Positions 35,407 through 51,430 are shown, counted from the first letter of the whole stretch. The stretch: 62,998 nucleotides of DNA, filler included, from Octopus bimaculoides (GCF_001194135.2; 5 parts of 5 records of this genome joined end to end with filler, not necessarily neighbours in it); one strand, 5' to 3'. Program-made: numbers and translations. The notes: generated by a model not told the origin, from the letters alone.

Positions 35407-36282
35407 CATATTTATTTATTTATTTATACGTGTGTCGATATATGTGCAATTATTTGCGTATTTATAATTGGTATACTGCCGTAGTGGACTAGTTGAATCT
35501 TTAGTTGTGGTTCGTTATGTTCATAAAATGGATGTAGAAAGAAGGTAGAAAGATAACTATCACAAACTGTATGAAAAGCTTCTATGAGGTTTGACGCGTT
35601 CACCTAATTGGTAATGTACTTGTGCGTATCATGCATACATCGTGTGTGCACGTGCGAACTCCGTCAAGCCTAATGAATTTATTTCAACGCTCTGTGACTC
35701 CACCTTATTGAATTTGTCAAGAAGTTTGACTTCATTACGTCAATCTGTTCACCCAGGCAACTAAACCACAACTACATTAGAGCTGTTCAAAATTGCATTA
35801 GTTTTCACCCGTGCTTATAGAAGTGTCGTGGAAAGTTGATAGATAAATACAATTAATATTGTCACAAATACAGTGGGTGGGTGGGGGTAATGATGGCAGG
35901 GGGAGATTTGGGATGGATTGTGTGATGTTCTGTGGAGTGATGGAGGCGGCATCGAAGTTATCGTTGTAGCTGGTGGTGATGGAGGTGGTGTTTATAGTGA
36001 GAAGGAGAATACAAATAGCTAATGAAGAATAGAGAAAAAGAATTGATAAACACTATATCATTACAGAGATTCACACGCGCATACACTACACACAGACGCA
36101 TACACAAGCTAACACAGACAAACACACATACACGCTCACGTATATACAATTATGTTTAAAGAAGTGAGCGCGAAAGATAAAATTCAAAAGACAATTCTCA
36201 ATACTTAACTAGGAGAGTTTATTTGCAAGACGTCGATAATTCACTCCCTAGCTAGTCAGATTTTCGCACGCTATGTATATAT

Positions 36283-36358
<76 letters not shown>

Positions 36359-37379
36359 GCATATGTATATATATATATACACATACATATATATACATGC
36401 ATATATATACATGCACATATATAATATATGTATACATACATATTTTCGTTCTTGGAATCACCAAGCTCGCACGTACTTCTTTGCCCCTCCTGTACGTGTG
36501 CTTCACAGCGTTCAAGACATACACACTTCACGTCTGACTGTACAGCCTTTTTGTTTGTTTATTTCACCGTTTCGTTTTCCTGTCTTGTTTTCCGTCCGCC
36601 ACTACCCTCCACGAATACAATTTAATTTGTATTCGTGGGAAGAACCATTTTAACGATGCGTACTGCCTTAATTCTTCGAAACGCCGGAGTTTTAATTGTG
36701 GCAGCTGATGAAGGGGATGTTTCTATGTGTCCTGCTTGTTTGTTGCACCTTGTTTACCATTTTATCCTTGTTCTTTTGCCACGTCATGTACCCAGTTATG
36801 TATCTATATGTACNNNNNNNNNNNNNNNNNNNNNNNNNNNNNNNNNNNNNNNNNNNNNNNNNNNNNNNNNNNNNNNNNNNNNNNNNNNNNNNNNNNNNNN
36901 NNNNNNNNNNNNNNNNNNNNNNNNNNNNNNNNNNNNNNNNNNNNNNNNNNNNNNNNNNNNNNNNNNNNNNNNNNNNNNNNNNNNNNNNNNNNNNNNNNNN
37001 NNNNNNNNNNNNNNNNNNNNNNNNNNNNNNNNNNNNNNNNNNNNNNNNNNNNNNNNNNNNNNNNNNNNNNNNNNNNNNNNNNNNNNNNNNNNNNNNNNNN
37101 NNNNNNNNNNNNNNNNNNNNNNNNNNNNNNNNNNNNNNNNNNNNNNNNNNNNNNNNNNNNNNNNNNNNNNNNNNNNNNNNNNNNNNNNNNNNNNNNNNNN
37201 NNNNNNNNNNNNNNNNNNNNNNNNNNNNNNNNNNNNNNNNNNNNNNNNNNACTACTTGTTTGACCTATCGGTTGATAACGGTGCATGTGAATTTATGAAC
37301 TGGTCAACAAAATGTTTGTTTGTTTTTTTTTTAATATTTAATTTTTAATGTGCTGTTCTGTTTTTAGATAAATGGCCCG

Positions 37380-39040
37380 AGTTCGGGGTGTCATTGCCGA
37401 GTCTGATATTTTAGAAGTGCTCCGCGAACCGAAGCGGCGTACCATTTTGACCGATGTACAGAGAAGGGTAGAAAGAGCAGGAGATGCAGTAAATGGCGTT
37501 GCTAGAATTGCAGGTAAAAGAGTCGGTGATATGATAGGGACGATGATAGGTGCTTGTGAGGTTGGTGGTGTTGGAGAAGTAGGTCAAGTGTGGAAGCGTG
37601 AGCGGGAGCAAGGGAACGAGCCAGGTTGGGAGGTGGTGGTTAGGGAAGAAACTGTGGACCAAGAAGTCACGCAGTTTGTGGGATCGTTTGAAGGAGAGAA
37701 AGGGTAGGTTGGGGAAGATGTTGAGGTGGAGGGGCAGAGTGGAAGCAAGGTCGGTGAGGGGAAACGGGAGACGGGCAACGGCGGGGCGGGTGCGGGGAGA
37801 GAGAGAGCAGTGACACGGCCACGGAACGCGCTCTGATAAGGGCTGTGTGGATAGTGATGAGGGGATATCCACGAAGGATGAAGTTGCAACTACAGAGTCT
37901 GCGCAGACGGAGGAATTGGGAATAGGGGATGGAGAGATGGTGTAGGTACGGTGGGAGGAGGAGAAGTTAAGATATGAATGTGAGTCGGTGTGTTTGTAGT
38001 GGATGGAGGTGCTAAGAGTTGAGTGGTGTATGTTGACCGAAATGTCGAGAAATGCGACGGAAGTGTTGGAAATAGTGCAAGAGAATTCGAGTGCAGGATG
38101 GAAGGATAAGACAAAAGAGAGGAAAGAGTCTAGTTGCTCGCGGGAGTGTGAGGTGGCACCGATACGGTCATCAATATAACAGCCGTATAGTTCGGGAGTG
38201 GGACCAGTGAATCATGAGAATGTTTGGGCCTCAACGTAACCAGAAACAACGGGTTGCATAGTTGGGGCCCATTCTCATTCCAATGGCCACTCCCGAGACT
38301 TGTTGGTAAAAAAACCCCGCGACCGAGAAGTAGTTGAGGGGAAGAACATGTTCGGTCACACGGAGAAGTGAGGCGGTGTCGAGTTGGGGTGGGATCGAAG
38401 GTCTAGGAGTGTTTGAGTGCCAGAAGTCAGTCCTTCGTTGTGTGGGATCACTGTGTGGGATCACTCTTGATATCAAGGGTGAAGAGAAGTTTACAGGGAC
38501 CAGGAGGGAAGGAGAAAGAGTTAAAGAGACGGAGAGCATGGTTAGTGCCGTGGATATGGGAAGGGAGAGAAGTCACTAGGGGGAAATGACACGGTCGAGG
38601 TATTTTGAGATCAATTCCGTGGGGCAGTTACAAGTGGAGACGATGGGGTGGCCAGGGTTGTTGAGCTTGTGGATTTGGGAAAGGAAGTAAATGGTGGGGT
38701 TCGTGGAGTGCGGCCAATGAGGTTGGACGCGGTGGGAGGGAAATGGAAGGAAGAGATGTGGTCATGTACGGTGGAGGACACAATCTGTTGGTAGTTAGGT
38801 GTGTGTTTGGAGGGCAGAGGGCAATAGAAGGAGGTGTCTTGAAGTTGGCGGAGAGCTTCAGCCTTGTAGAGATCTGCGCTCCACATCACCACGGTTCCAC
38901 CCTCTCAGCCGGTTTGATGATGATGTCTTTGCGGCGTCGGAGATATCGAAGGGCTGAGAGTTCGGCCGGGAGAAAGTGAAAATGTCGGGAATTCTTCAGA
39001 AAATTTGAAGAATCTACTAGAGTAGATGCAAGCACTAATA
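37380..39040 (-). mobile_element. Decayed Penelope-like element (Neptune-type), RT + GIY-YIG, frameshifted
   Basis: LSALRYLRRRKDIIIKPA, YQQVSGVAIGMRMGPNYA, FKRSHKLRDFLVHS, FTCNSSNAIYCISCSFYPSLYIGQ, spread across several frames. Confidence 0.88.
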
Positions 39041-40990
39041 TANNNNNNNNNNNNNNNNNNNNNNNNNNNNNNNNNNNNNNNNNNNNNNNNNNNNNNNNNN
39101 NNNNNNNNNNNNNNNNNNNNNNNNNNNNNNNNNNNNNNNNNNNNNNNNNNNNNNNNNNNNNNNNNNNNNNNNNNNNNNNNNNNNNNNNNNNNNNNNNNNN
39201 NNNNNNNNNNNNNNNNNNNNNNNNNNNNNNNNNNNNNNNNNNNNNNNNNNNNNNNNNNNNNNNNNNNNNNNNNNNNNNNNNNNNNNNNNNNNNNNNNNNN
39301 NNNNNNNNNNNNNNNNNNNNNNNNNNNNNNNNNNNNNNNNNNNNNNNNNNNNNNNNNNNNNNNNNNNNNNNNNNNNNNNNNNNNNNNNNNNNNNNNNNNN
39401 NNNNNNNNNNNNNNNNNNNNNNNNNNNNNNNNNNNNNNNNNNNNNNNNNNNNNNNNNNNNNNNNNNNNNNNNNNNNNNNNNNNNNNNNNNNNNNNNNNNN
39501 NNNNNNNNNNNNNNNNNNNNNNNNNNNNNNNNNNNNNNNNNNNNNNNNNNNNNNNNNNNNNNNNNNNNNNNNNNNNNNNNNNNNNNNNNNNNNNNNNNNN
39601 NNNNNNNNNNNNNNNNNNNNNNNNNNNNNNNNNNNNNNNNNNNNNNNNNNNNNNNNNNNNNNNNNNNNNNNNNNNNNNNNNNNNNNNNNTATATATATAT
39701 ATGCAATATGCATCTATCTATCTATCTATCTATCGATCGATCTCTATATGATATAAGCTTATATATATGTGTATATAATATATAATTTGTATGGGTGTAT
39801 GTATGTAGGTGTTTGTGCAATGAATGTTTATATATTCACATACATACATACACAAATGCACATATGCATATGCAGGTAAATGTCATAAACAAACATACGT
39901 GCACATATATTAGTACACGCAGAGAGAGATACACATAAACATAAATACATAACTGCATGGAAAATGAATGCATGTGGCTCAGAGAAACAAAACAAAAAAA
40001 TGTTCGAAGTGCAAAGTGTGACATTCCGTGTTGTCGTATGTAATTATGTATGGGTATCTCCGTGTATCCGTGCGTATTTATTTGATGTGTTTGTGTATGA
40101 TGCATCAGAGGATATAGAGACCAGCATTTAACTAACTACGTGAAGTCGTTTTAGCTTGTTTGCTTTTCGCGTTTACAACATAAAACTGCAGGTTATTAAG
40201 AATCTGTTGTGTTCTTTTCTGACGGCGAGTTCTGAAGTGTCAACATAAGCGTATTCACTAAAGTAATTAATAACAACGGTGCCCTTAGGAAATGATTTCA
40301 TTTGACAGGTTGTTATTTTTTTCTTTATTTCTACCGTAGGCACAAGGCCTGAAGCTTTGTGGGTAGAGGACTAGTCGAATACATCGACCGGTGCTCAACT
40401 GGTTCTTATGTTTTCACCTACGGCAGTGCCAAGTCGACTACGGCGGGATTTGACGTCAGAACCTAAAGCTATGGGAAATATCGATAAGCATTTTGTCCGG
40501 TCCACTAACGATACTGCCAGCTCTCCCCTATCGTTCCGACAGAACTATTACGATTGGAACAACAGAATGAAGTCATGAGTGAATTTTCATTTTACCGTGC
40601 TTGATGACATTTGAGATGTAGTTAGACAATGAAAAAAAAAAAAAGTGGAACCGACACAGATCCTTGGGAACACCACTGTATCGATCAGAATATCGGATGT
40701 TGTTATACGCCGCTGGTCACAATGCGCTTCATTGTTGTAGCTTTCGAATGATGCCACCTCACTGGTTGAGCGGGCAGGCCAACACAGAGTTAAACATCTA
40801 TAGCTGAGTGGAACGGAGCAACGTAAAATAAATTTTTTAGTCCAGTCCATAACGCACCGCTACTCTGCAAATCGAAACCATGATCCTGCATGCAATTCCC
40901 TAACCGCTAGGCCACGCGCCTTCACTCTACAACCCCACACATATGTATGTATATGCGGATGTTATATCCAACTATCTATCTATCTGTCTG

Positions 40991-41049
<59 letters not shown>

Positions 41050-41622
41050 GCACACATACACATAATATGGGACAAGAGTAATGTGACATACTTAGAATTC
41101 GTTGAAGCAGCAAATTTACTTACAGCTCATGTGCGTATTCCAATGTATTAATAATGTAATAAATATAAAAAATATTTTTGGCAAATCTAAACGTACTTTT
41201 TACGGAAGGCGCCGAGGTGGCAAAATAGACTGTCGAAAAAATACCTTTTGATATTACTTGCGCCTCTTAACTCTGTTCAAATTTCGCCCAGATATACTTT
41301 TCCTTCCAACTTCTCGGTGTTAACAAAATATATACCGAAGTCGATGGAAACCACAAATCTCCTCCGTCGATATTGATTTCAATTTATGACACAAGGACAT
41401 CAATTTCGAGGGAGGGGTAAATCGATAATATCGACTCCAGTGTTCAACTGGTACTTATTTTAGCGATCCCGAAGGATGAACTGCAAAATCAACTTCGGCA
41501 GAATTTGAAATCGGAACTTGAAGACCGACGAAATAACGTTAAGCTTCTTGCCCGGCATCAATATTGTTGGCTTTGTCCCTAAATTAGAAACAATTATAAA
41601 CATACTTTGCGACATCTCGTAT

Positions 41623-42011
41623 TTGTTGTTGGTGGCACTCCGTCGGTTACGACGACGAGGGTTCCAGTTGGATCTGATAAATGGGACAGCCTGCTCGTGA
41701 AATTAAAATGCAAGTGGCTGAGCACTCCACAGACACGTGTACCCTTAACGTAGTTCTCGGGGATAAACAGCGTCACACAGTGTGACAAGGCTGACCCTTT
41801 GAAATACAGGTACAACAGAAACAGGAAGAAAGAGCGAGAGAAAGTTGTGGTGAAAGAGTGCAGCAGGGTTCGCCACCACCCTCTGCCGGAGCCTCGTGGA
41901 GCTTTAGGTGTTTTCGCTCAATAAACACTCACATCGCCCGGTCTGGGAATCGAAACCACGATCCTACGACCGCGAGTCCGCTGTCCTAACCAGTGGGCCA
42001 TTGCGCCTCCA
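41623..42011 (-). mobile_element. SINE family A, CpG-intact copy
   Basis: Colinear with 1741-2101; (CAA)n-type tail. Confidence 0.88.
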
Positions 42012-42378
42012 CTATCTCGTATTTACATAGCGAACGATGTGCCAACATATTAGACTTATACCTAGTAGACAAAATAGGGATAATAACCAAGATAATTAAA
42101 TAACGAAAGCAAATTGGTAATTAAATAGAGATTTAAAACATACAATATATATGTTCTTAGAAAACGATTATCATGGAATTTTTAGATTGTATTCTAATTT
42201 AATAAGTGATGGTATTGTTTCTTCAAGACTGAATCAGAAGAGTAAAACGGCTTTCAAAAGGTTTTGGTATAGTCTCTGCAAGGTAGGGTGAAAAGTATCA
42301 CCTTCAGGCTCTGCTACCTTGTTGAGGTTAAAACAAGGACTATAGTACAAATATATTCATTCAATCACAGCCTTTACC

Positions 42379-42420
<42 letters not shown>

Positions 42421-42856
42421 GTCGTCGTCATCATCATCATCATCATCATCATCATCAATGTAGTCATCGTGGTGGTCGTCATCCTTGTCATCATCATCAT
42501 CATCATCATCATCATCGTCTTCTTCGTTATTCGTATACAAGTGTTACTATCCACAGGTAGCTTGCAAAAACAGTAACGGATGTAAAGTAAATCAGTGCTC
42601 TTTCACTAAATTCCCCCGACACCCATCACACCTTCCTCGCCCCTCCAAACCTTCCTTTTTGTTTTTTTCTCGTTTTTCTCACTTTATCTTTATTACTTGT
42701 TACTTTCAGATCTCATAAATATTGTTTTCAAGTCACACCTACTAACAAAAATCACACACACAAACATGTATATGCAATTGTATGTATGTATATATGTGTA
42801 TATATATTTCATTTCATTTCATTTCAAAGTTTCAGCTCAGAGCTATATATATATAT

Positions 42857-42915
<59 letters not shown>

Positions 42916-44414
42916 TACGACGGGATTCCTTCAGTTTCCGTCTACCAAATCCACTCACAAGGCTTTGGACGGCTCACGGTTATAGTAGAAAACATTTGCC
43001 CAAATTCACACACACACACACACACATCTCTGTATATACGTAAAGTATGCATGTCTATATAAATATGTTACCACAGGGATAACTGGCTTGTGGCGGCCAA
43101 GTGCTTGTAGCGACATCGCTTTTGATCCTTTGGCGTCGGTTTTTCGTATCATTGCGAAGCCCGAGCCTTTAGGCTGAAACGCATAAAAAGAAATAAAAGA
43201 AATATGTATGTATATGCATGTGTATACGTGCGTGTATGTGCGTGAGAGAGAGTGTGTGTGCGTGCGTGTGTGTGTACGTTTGTGTGTGTTTGTCTTGTAA
43301 GACCATTCATGGTGTTGTCCCAGTATGAGCACAGCTTGTCTACAGCATGCTGATAGAAACCAGTAAAAAAATAAAAATATGTGACTACATACATGTGCGC
43401 GTATGTGCGTGTACGTGTGTGCACGCATGTAAACATCACACACAAGTGAAAGGAAGAATGACTGTCACAAATTGTAGAATGAAAAAATAAAAGCAATAAT
43501 AACAAAAATGAATAATACGAAGAATAAAGAAAGCTAATAGTATACATACATATGTGTGTGTCTGTGTGTGCGTGTACATACATATACACATACACACACA
43601 GACACAACACACACACATACATACATACATGCATACATACATACATACATACATACATATCTAAGAGGTTATCTATGGACAACTGCTTCGAAACCTCCAG
43701 CTTCTATATCCAGACTTATGAATTCATATTCATACCAGTAATAAATGGAATACTAGTTTTGTTAGTAAATGCTTAAAGGAGAATCGGGATTAAACTGGGA
43801 TTTTCAGAAAGAGAAACTGACCGACTGATTCATACATTACATGTCCAATCTGTGAGTGGAACAGTAAAAATATGCAAGACTTTTCTAAAGTTCCAAATGT
43901 GAATTCGTCAGTTAACTACATCTGAAATATGGAGCCTGGTATGTTTCTTGGAAACCGGCTCCCTCCTCAGTGGAAGATTTATAATATTTAAAAAAATAGA
44001 AGAGACATACGTAAACACACACAATATATACAGAAATATAATACATAAAAAAAAACGCCTGAAAGGGAAATTAGAAAATACCAAATCAGGGAACGAGCTG
44101 CTGGAGTGGTATTTTCCTCTCGCTTAAAAAAAATTTTTTTTATCATTCTTCAAAATATACAGCTACCATCTGTACAAAATGATAAGAAACGCTAATATCT
44201 GTTGGAGGCAGAACAGCATCATATGGTGACCATGAAGAATGGTTGTTTTGCTAGAAACACACACACACACACGCACACACACGCAGACATACATACAGAC
44301 ACACGCACACACATACACATAGACACGCACACACACAAGTATATGTATACACATATATTTATATATATATAAATTACTTATACATACGCACACATCCACT
44401 TTCTCTAGCTCCCC

Positions 44415-44458
<44 letters not shown>

Positions 44459-45989
44459 CCTCTTTTCTCTCTCACTCTCTCTCTCTCTCACTCACACACA
44501 TATATATGTGCGCGTACAAACATATGAAGGCGGATGGCAACAACAACACCTTTGATACGTTATCTTGGAAAATGGTGCAATTCAAATATGAATCCAGATA
44601 ATCAACCAACCACGAGCAATTACTTGGCAAGGTGGTGAGTAAAATGACACTGAGATTTTGGTTGCCTTTTCGAATTTATTGGAATTATTGGTAACCCGTT
44701 CTCACCTTACCAAAAAGAGGCGGTCTTACGATCAACCCCTTCCGACACAAACACCTCGTTATTTTTCTGTCGGGTTTGGCTGCTTCTGATTATTTTTCTT
44801 AATGTGCTTGATTTTTGTAGGATATTTCTGTGCTTCTTGTCTTTCTTTTTTTTTGTGCTTCTGTGTTTGTAAATCCGCACAAATATATGTAAGTATGGGT
44901 GTAATGGTAATCTCGACACTGCCAATCAAACCACTTACCCACTCTCGAAAACATAAGAAATAAACACGCCAATGAACGAGTGTTTATATGGTCACTCAGT
45001 CTGTTAGAAATAGGAGAAAAATGCCCTCAGATTAATCCCTAACCTCTTAAGACGAGGTCCATACATTGGATAAGGTAGAGTAGATGTGCGGGATGATAAA
45101 GGCTAGCATATCTTTGATAGTTTGACTGCTTAATTGGGTCTGCCACGGGTTAAAAACTACACACTCACATTTAAATCTCGTAGTGACTTCGTCTAAGGCT
45201 ATGTGAGTATGTTTGCGTTTGTATATATGGTCTTTCCATTAAAGCAATTTTAAGAATAACAATCGGGTATTTACTGACAAAGAGACTCAGTACTGAAAGA
45301 ATTGCTCAAATGTCAATGGAAAGTTACTCCCGATCAAAGTTAGCTTTATAATATATATACTTTGATAAGTGCAATGCACAGAACTGTAAGCGTTTGCGTC
45401 ATGTAGCTAACTTTACGACCGGTTAATTCATCCTGGGGCGCGTGTGTAGGAAGAGTAAGAATCGGAACAAATACCGCGAAGCATTTTGTCCGACGCTCTA
45501 ACGTTTCCGTCAAATTACAATTAGCTACTGATGGTAATTGCATTTAGCTTTGGTTTATACATACATTTACATTAAAACCTGAAAATCATAAGAGCTTACA
45601 GAAACAAGTCGGGATGAAGAAGATTAAGTTATATAAAAATCGATTATCTAAGTCAGGGAAGTTGTACACCGAAGCCACTTTGAAGATTTGTTTTAAAATA
45701 ATGACATACAATAAAAAAAAAACTATAAAAGAAATATAATACAAAAAGATATGTATAACATTTTTAAAAATATATATAAAGGTCTTTAGATTTTCCCCAC
45801 TCTGTCACGGGTGAGAGCCTACCGATTAGGTTAGATTAGAGCAGCCCATATTTCAGGTAGCCTGGCAGAATTCATAAATGGATTTGGTGCATCTAAAGTA
45901 GTCATTAATATCTTACCTGTAGAAATATATTTTTGAAAAACCTTTCTGTCCCCAGGTAAGCCTACTATAGCTCATATTAATATTCTGGA

Positions 45990-46850
45990 ATTATTTTTTA
46001 CCAAAGCTGTATCACTGGTGCATGTCCCCTGTATTTCAACCTTTTTTTATTTTCGTTTACATTAAGGCTCTAAGCGTTGCATCAAATTTGCGATAGTTTA
46101 TGAGGAAGAAGTTTCTATACCAAACGTTCGTGGATTTCATATCATCAACGTCGTTGTCATCGTCCTTTTGACTTGCATGCATTTAAGTCGTGCCCTTTCT
46201 GCCTTCTCTGCCGGATCTTCTGTCCCCACCACTTTTCCCTCATAATTATTGCTTCATTTCCGGCTTCCATTACGTGTCCATAATTGCAAGACAATGTGTC
46301 GTCACGACGGCTTGGAGAAGAGAAAAGTTTCGGCTTTTGGGTTTTGGAGATCGAGGTTGACGGGTTTTGCAACGGCTGGTCGAACTAAAGTTGATGCTAT
46401 TGATGCTATCTATCTTCCCCTTCGTTGTCACAGCTGGGTATGTTTGAAAGAAGAGGTCCCCTGACATTTTGGTCAGGTCCTCGCAGAGGATGAGATCTCG
46501 CTCACCTATTTTGAAAGTGTTTCACGAGGTGTCCATTTTGTTTATTTCTTCAGCACTAATAAGTATTCAAATAACTTCTGTTTCCACAAATGTTGCCTCT
46601 AGGCATTTTATCGTGCGCAACGAGTTTCATGTCATCTATTTTTGCTCTTGCAACGTGGCACAGCTTCGCTATTGTTCTATGGTTTGGAGGCATCAACCTG
46701 TTCTTTATTTTTATGCTAGTGAACTGTCTTACTTTGATGATGGGCAATTTTCTTTGGGAGGCATGTTTCAGAATTTTCGTACCTGTTTTCTCAGTGTTGT
46801 CAACGTGAAGAAGATGCAAACATGTCTGTTTGGCTAAGAAGCTTCTACCT
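45990..46850 (-). mobile_element. Highly decayed Ty3/Gypsy gag-like remnant
   Basis: HASQRKLPIIKVRQF...LCHVARAKIDDM resembles gag core; RQRRQKGHDLNACKSK resembles a degraded CCHC knuckle. Confidence 0.45.
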
Positions 46851-47454
46851 AACAATCTGATCTTGGGACCAATCCCATTGAGCGGCAGTTTGGTAAAGAA
46901 GACTAACGTCTTGTGTAAGGATTTGTTTAGGCGGCAACAAAAAAAATCTTGCCATATATGTGTGTGTGCGTTGGTGTGTATGGGTGTGTGTGTATGTGTG
47001 TGTGCGTGTGCGTGTGTGTGTGTGTGTGAATGCGTGCATGTGCTTGTGTACATGCATATATGTGTGTGTCTTTGTCTTGTACTTGTCCCCACCACCGCTT
47101 CACAAACGGTGTTGGTGTGCTTACGTCTCTGTATCTTGAGTCAGCAGGAAGTGACCGATAGTTTAAGTAGGAGGCTTAAAAGTAAACACAAAGGTTGATA
47201 TGTTCCACAAAACCCTTGAATGCAATGCCCTAGCAAGTTCGCAGTCCAAACAATAAAACAAATACAAGATAAAAGATAAATAACATTACAACTTCTTTGT
47301 TTAAACCCAGCGTTTGCGAAGACTACATAACTTTGGAAATTATTTGTATGCATATTCAATAAAACACTATTTCATGCAGTAAAAATCCTTCACTTCGAGG
47401 AGAAAGTGAAAAACACGTCCTATTAAGTCGTGAGTGAATAATAAATGATAATAA

Positions 47455-48279
<825 letters not shown>

Positions 48280-48699
48280 GCAACAGCAATTTATTGTAGC
48301 CGTAAGGGCCCATTGAAGCATACAAGAAATCGCGTTACAATAGTTTTTCAGGATATGTGTGTGCAAATTCAATTATGTAAAAAATAGGGGAGGGGCTATA
48401 ACATTATACAATATAAATATGAATATGTTAAAAATCTTATATATATATGAACAAATGCTCAGAATGAATAGACAAGGATGTATGCGGACACATACATATA
48501 AACTTACTTGGAAATGGATGCGTTTCGTTCAATTAAATAATAAATAATAAATAATACATACACACAAACACACACACACACACATGCATATATGGGTACA
48601 GGACGTCACCAACGGTGCAAATAACTTAATGTACGTAAACATATGTGGGGAAAACGAGCGAAATACGTAAACAACGAGAAATAAATGTAAAACAGGACA

Positions 48700-48935
48700 T
48701 GTTAACAGCACATTATTCTTTTCACCCATTGGATAACAGACAGTAGATCTGACTGAAGGCATGCCCGGTCACCCACATCATTGATGACCTTCTCTATCTT
48801 GGAATCATCAGCAATGATTCTCATGTTGTTGTGCTTGGTGATGTCAGTAATGTCATTGATATAGATAATGAAAAGAAGTGGTCTCAACACAGTGGCTTGT
48901 GGAACACCACTACTGACTTTGGCTGAGCTTGATTA
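48700..48935 (-). mobile_element. CR1/L2-like RT fragment
   Basis: SGVPQATVLRPLLFIIYINDI...IADDSKI...LQSDL. Confidence 0.75.
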
Positions 48936-49283
48936 TATATATATATANNNNNNNNNNNNNNNNNNNNNNNNNNNNNNNNNNNNNNNNNNNNNNNNNNNNN
49001 NNNNNNNNNNNNNNNNNNNNNNNNNNNNNNNNNNNNNNNNNNNNNNNNNNNNNNNNNNNNNNNNNNNNNNNNNNNNNNNNNNNNNNNNNNNNNNNNNNNN
49101 NNNNNNNNNNNNNNNNNNNNNNNNNNNNNNNNNNNNNNNNNNNNNNNNNNNNNNNNNNNNNNNNNNNNNNNNNNNNNNNNNNNNNNNNNNNNNNNNNNNN
49201 NNNNNNNNNNNNNNNNNNNNNNNNNNNNNNNNNNNNNNNNNNTTTTCATATGTAAATATATATATATATACATACATGTATAT

Positions 49284-49331
<48 letters not shown>

Positions 49332-50272
49332 ATATATATATACATATACGTATACATGCATACATACACACACATATATATATAATAAGTAAATGAATAA
49401 AAAATAAAGTGAAAGCACAGCTTGGTGAGAGACTACCACCTAACTTGAATTATGTCTCTAACAGTTTAACTACCTTCCATTTCTCGAACTTGATCTTTCT
49501 AAATCCGCAATGCTCGAGGACATCTTTTTCTCTTCTTTTTGAGTTAGCCGGCCCGTAAAAGGGCCTCACGTATTCCGGAGAATATCCTTTCATCACTTCA
49601 AAGACCACCAACAATCTCTAAGAAAGTACTGCCATCGGTGAATGCGCACGTGTGTGTGAGGGAAAGGTTAGTGTAATCTATACGCCAACTCCTATAAACA
49701 TAATATTTGGATGTTTCACCGCCATAAAGTAGTCTCTTGCTCTCCTTTCAACCCTTGGGATATGCTATTTTCCAGTATCGTATGACATCTGCTTGAGTTC
49801 ATTCTGCTTTTGCGTTTTACTCCATTTTCTCCTTTCGCGATTGTCACTGTTCACCAGTTCCCAACTGTTGCAAATGTTCCTCTGGGGATAACGCACGCCT
49901 TTAGACCACCCTCAGTTTTGCAGCCAGTGGTGTGACAAGTAGGAGTATAGGGACATTATCTACCGATAACTGTTGTTAATACTTTTGGTTCTATTGCTAT
50001 ATCTGTTTCCTCTCTTTCTTTTTCTTTGTCTTCCAATCTCGTTGTCGTCGTCGACTTTATCCCGTATCGGAGAATTTATTTTCTCCTTAGCTGAACGCTT
50101 TCTTTATGGTGATGACGTTGATGACTAAATTAAACCAATTCTTGCATAGAGGAATCCATGTCATTGACTGTATGGTAACGTTAGTGGAGGATGAGGCTGA
50201 TTTTATCGAGCCTTTCTCTCCTATCCATGTATCTATCTATCTATCTATCTATAAATATATATAATGTACATA

Positions 50273-50305
<33 letters not shown>

Positions 50306-50445
50306 ACGTACATACAAGCGTACTTACGTATACATACATACATACATACATACATACACACATACATACGTGTGTGTGCGTGTGTTCGTTGTGCGTGTGT
50401 GTGTGCATGTCTGTGTATATATATATATATAATATATATATATAC

Positions 50446-51428
50446 ACTCCACCCCAAATATGACGCAGATAGACTGTATATACCAAGAAAAAAAGGGGGA
50501 AGAGGACTGCATATGGATGTTGAAGATAAGACAGACACAGAAAAAAGGTATATCTGTATGACTAAAAGTGATTTAAAACTGGAAACGGAAGCTCTAATCT
50601 GTGCTGCCCAAGCGCACAAACACAGAATAGACAAACATCAGAAAGTGATAAGTGCACAATTTGTGGACAAAATGGTGAAACCATATTGCATATTACCAGT
50701 CAATGTACGTCCCTAGCCCAGAAAGAATATAAGAGACGTCATGACAATATAGCAAGGATTGTCCATTGGACACTTTGCAACACGTATGGATTTGAAGAAG
50801 TGAAAATGTGGTACGAAAATTAACCCGAAGGTATCATCGAAAATGATAATGCAAAGATCCTATGGAATTTTATGATTTAGTGCAACCATGAGGTAGAGAA
50901 TAGGAAACTAGACATAGTGTTAATTGAGAAAGAAAGCAAACAATGCTGGATCATAGATATAGCATGCCCAGCTGACAACAAGGTATGCGATAAGGAAGAC
51001 TGANNNNNNNNNNNNNNNNNNNNNNNNNNNNNNNNNNNNNNNNNNNNNNNNNNNNNNNNNNNNNNNNNNNNNNNNNNNNNNNNNNNNNNNNNNNNNNNNN
51101 NNNNNNNNNNNNNNNNNNNNNNNNNNNNNNNNNNNNNNNNNNNNNNNNNNNNNNNNNNNNNNNNNNNNNNNNNNNNNNNNNNNNNNNNNNNNNNNNNNNN
51201 NNNNNNNNNNNNNNNNNNNNNNNNNNNNNNNNNNNNNNNNNNNNNNNNNNNNNNNNNNNNNNNNNNNNNNNNNNNNNNNNNNNNNNNNNNNNNNNNNNNN
51301 NNNNNNNNNNNNNNNNNNNNNNNNNNNNNNNNNNNNNNNNNNNNNNNNNNNNNNNNNNNNNNNNNNNNNNNNNNNNNNNNNCCGTATTACATCTCCAGCG
51401 TTAGAAGCTGTGCAAAGGCAATGAATAA

Positions 51429-51430
<2 letters not shown>
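50446..51430 (+). mobile_element. R4/Dong-like LINE 3' fragment (type Y), decayed
   Basis: HPKYDADRLYIPRKKGGRGL, KLETEALICAAQ, RHDNIARIVHW, RKLDIVLIEK...IIDIACP; ends in (AAT)n. Confidence 0.78.

Noticed and set aside
49480-50100. Coding-like decayed stretch, possibly a LINE N-terminus
   Set aside because: Multiple stops and no motif I can identify with confidence.
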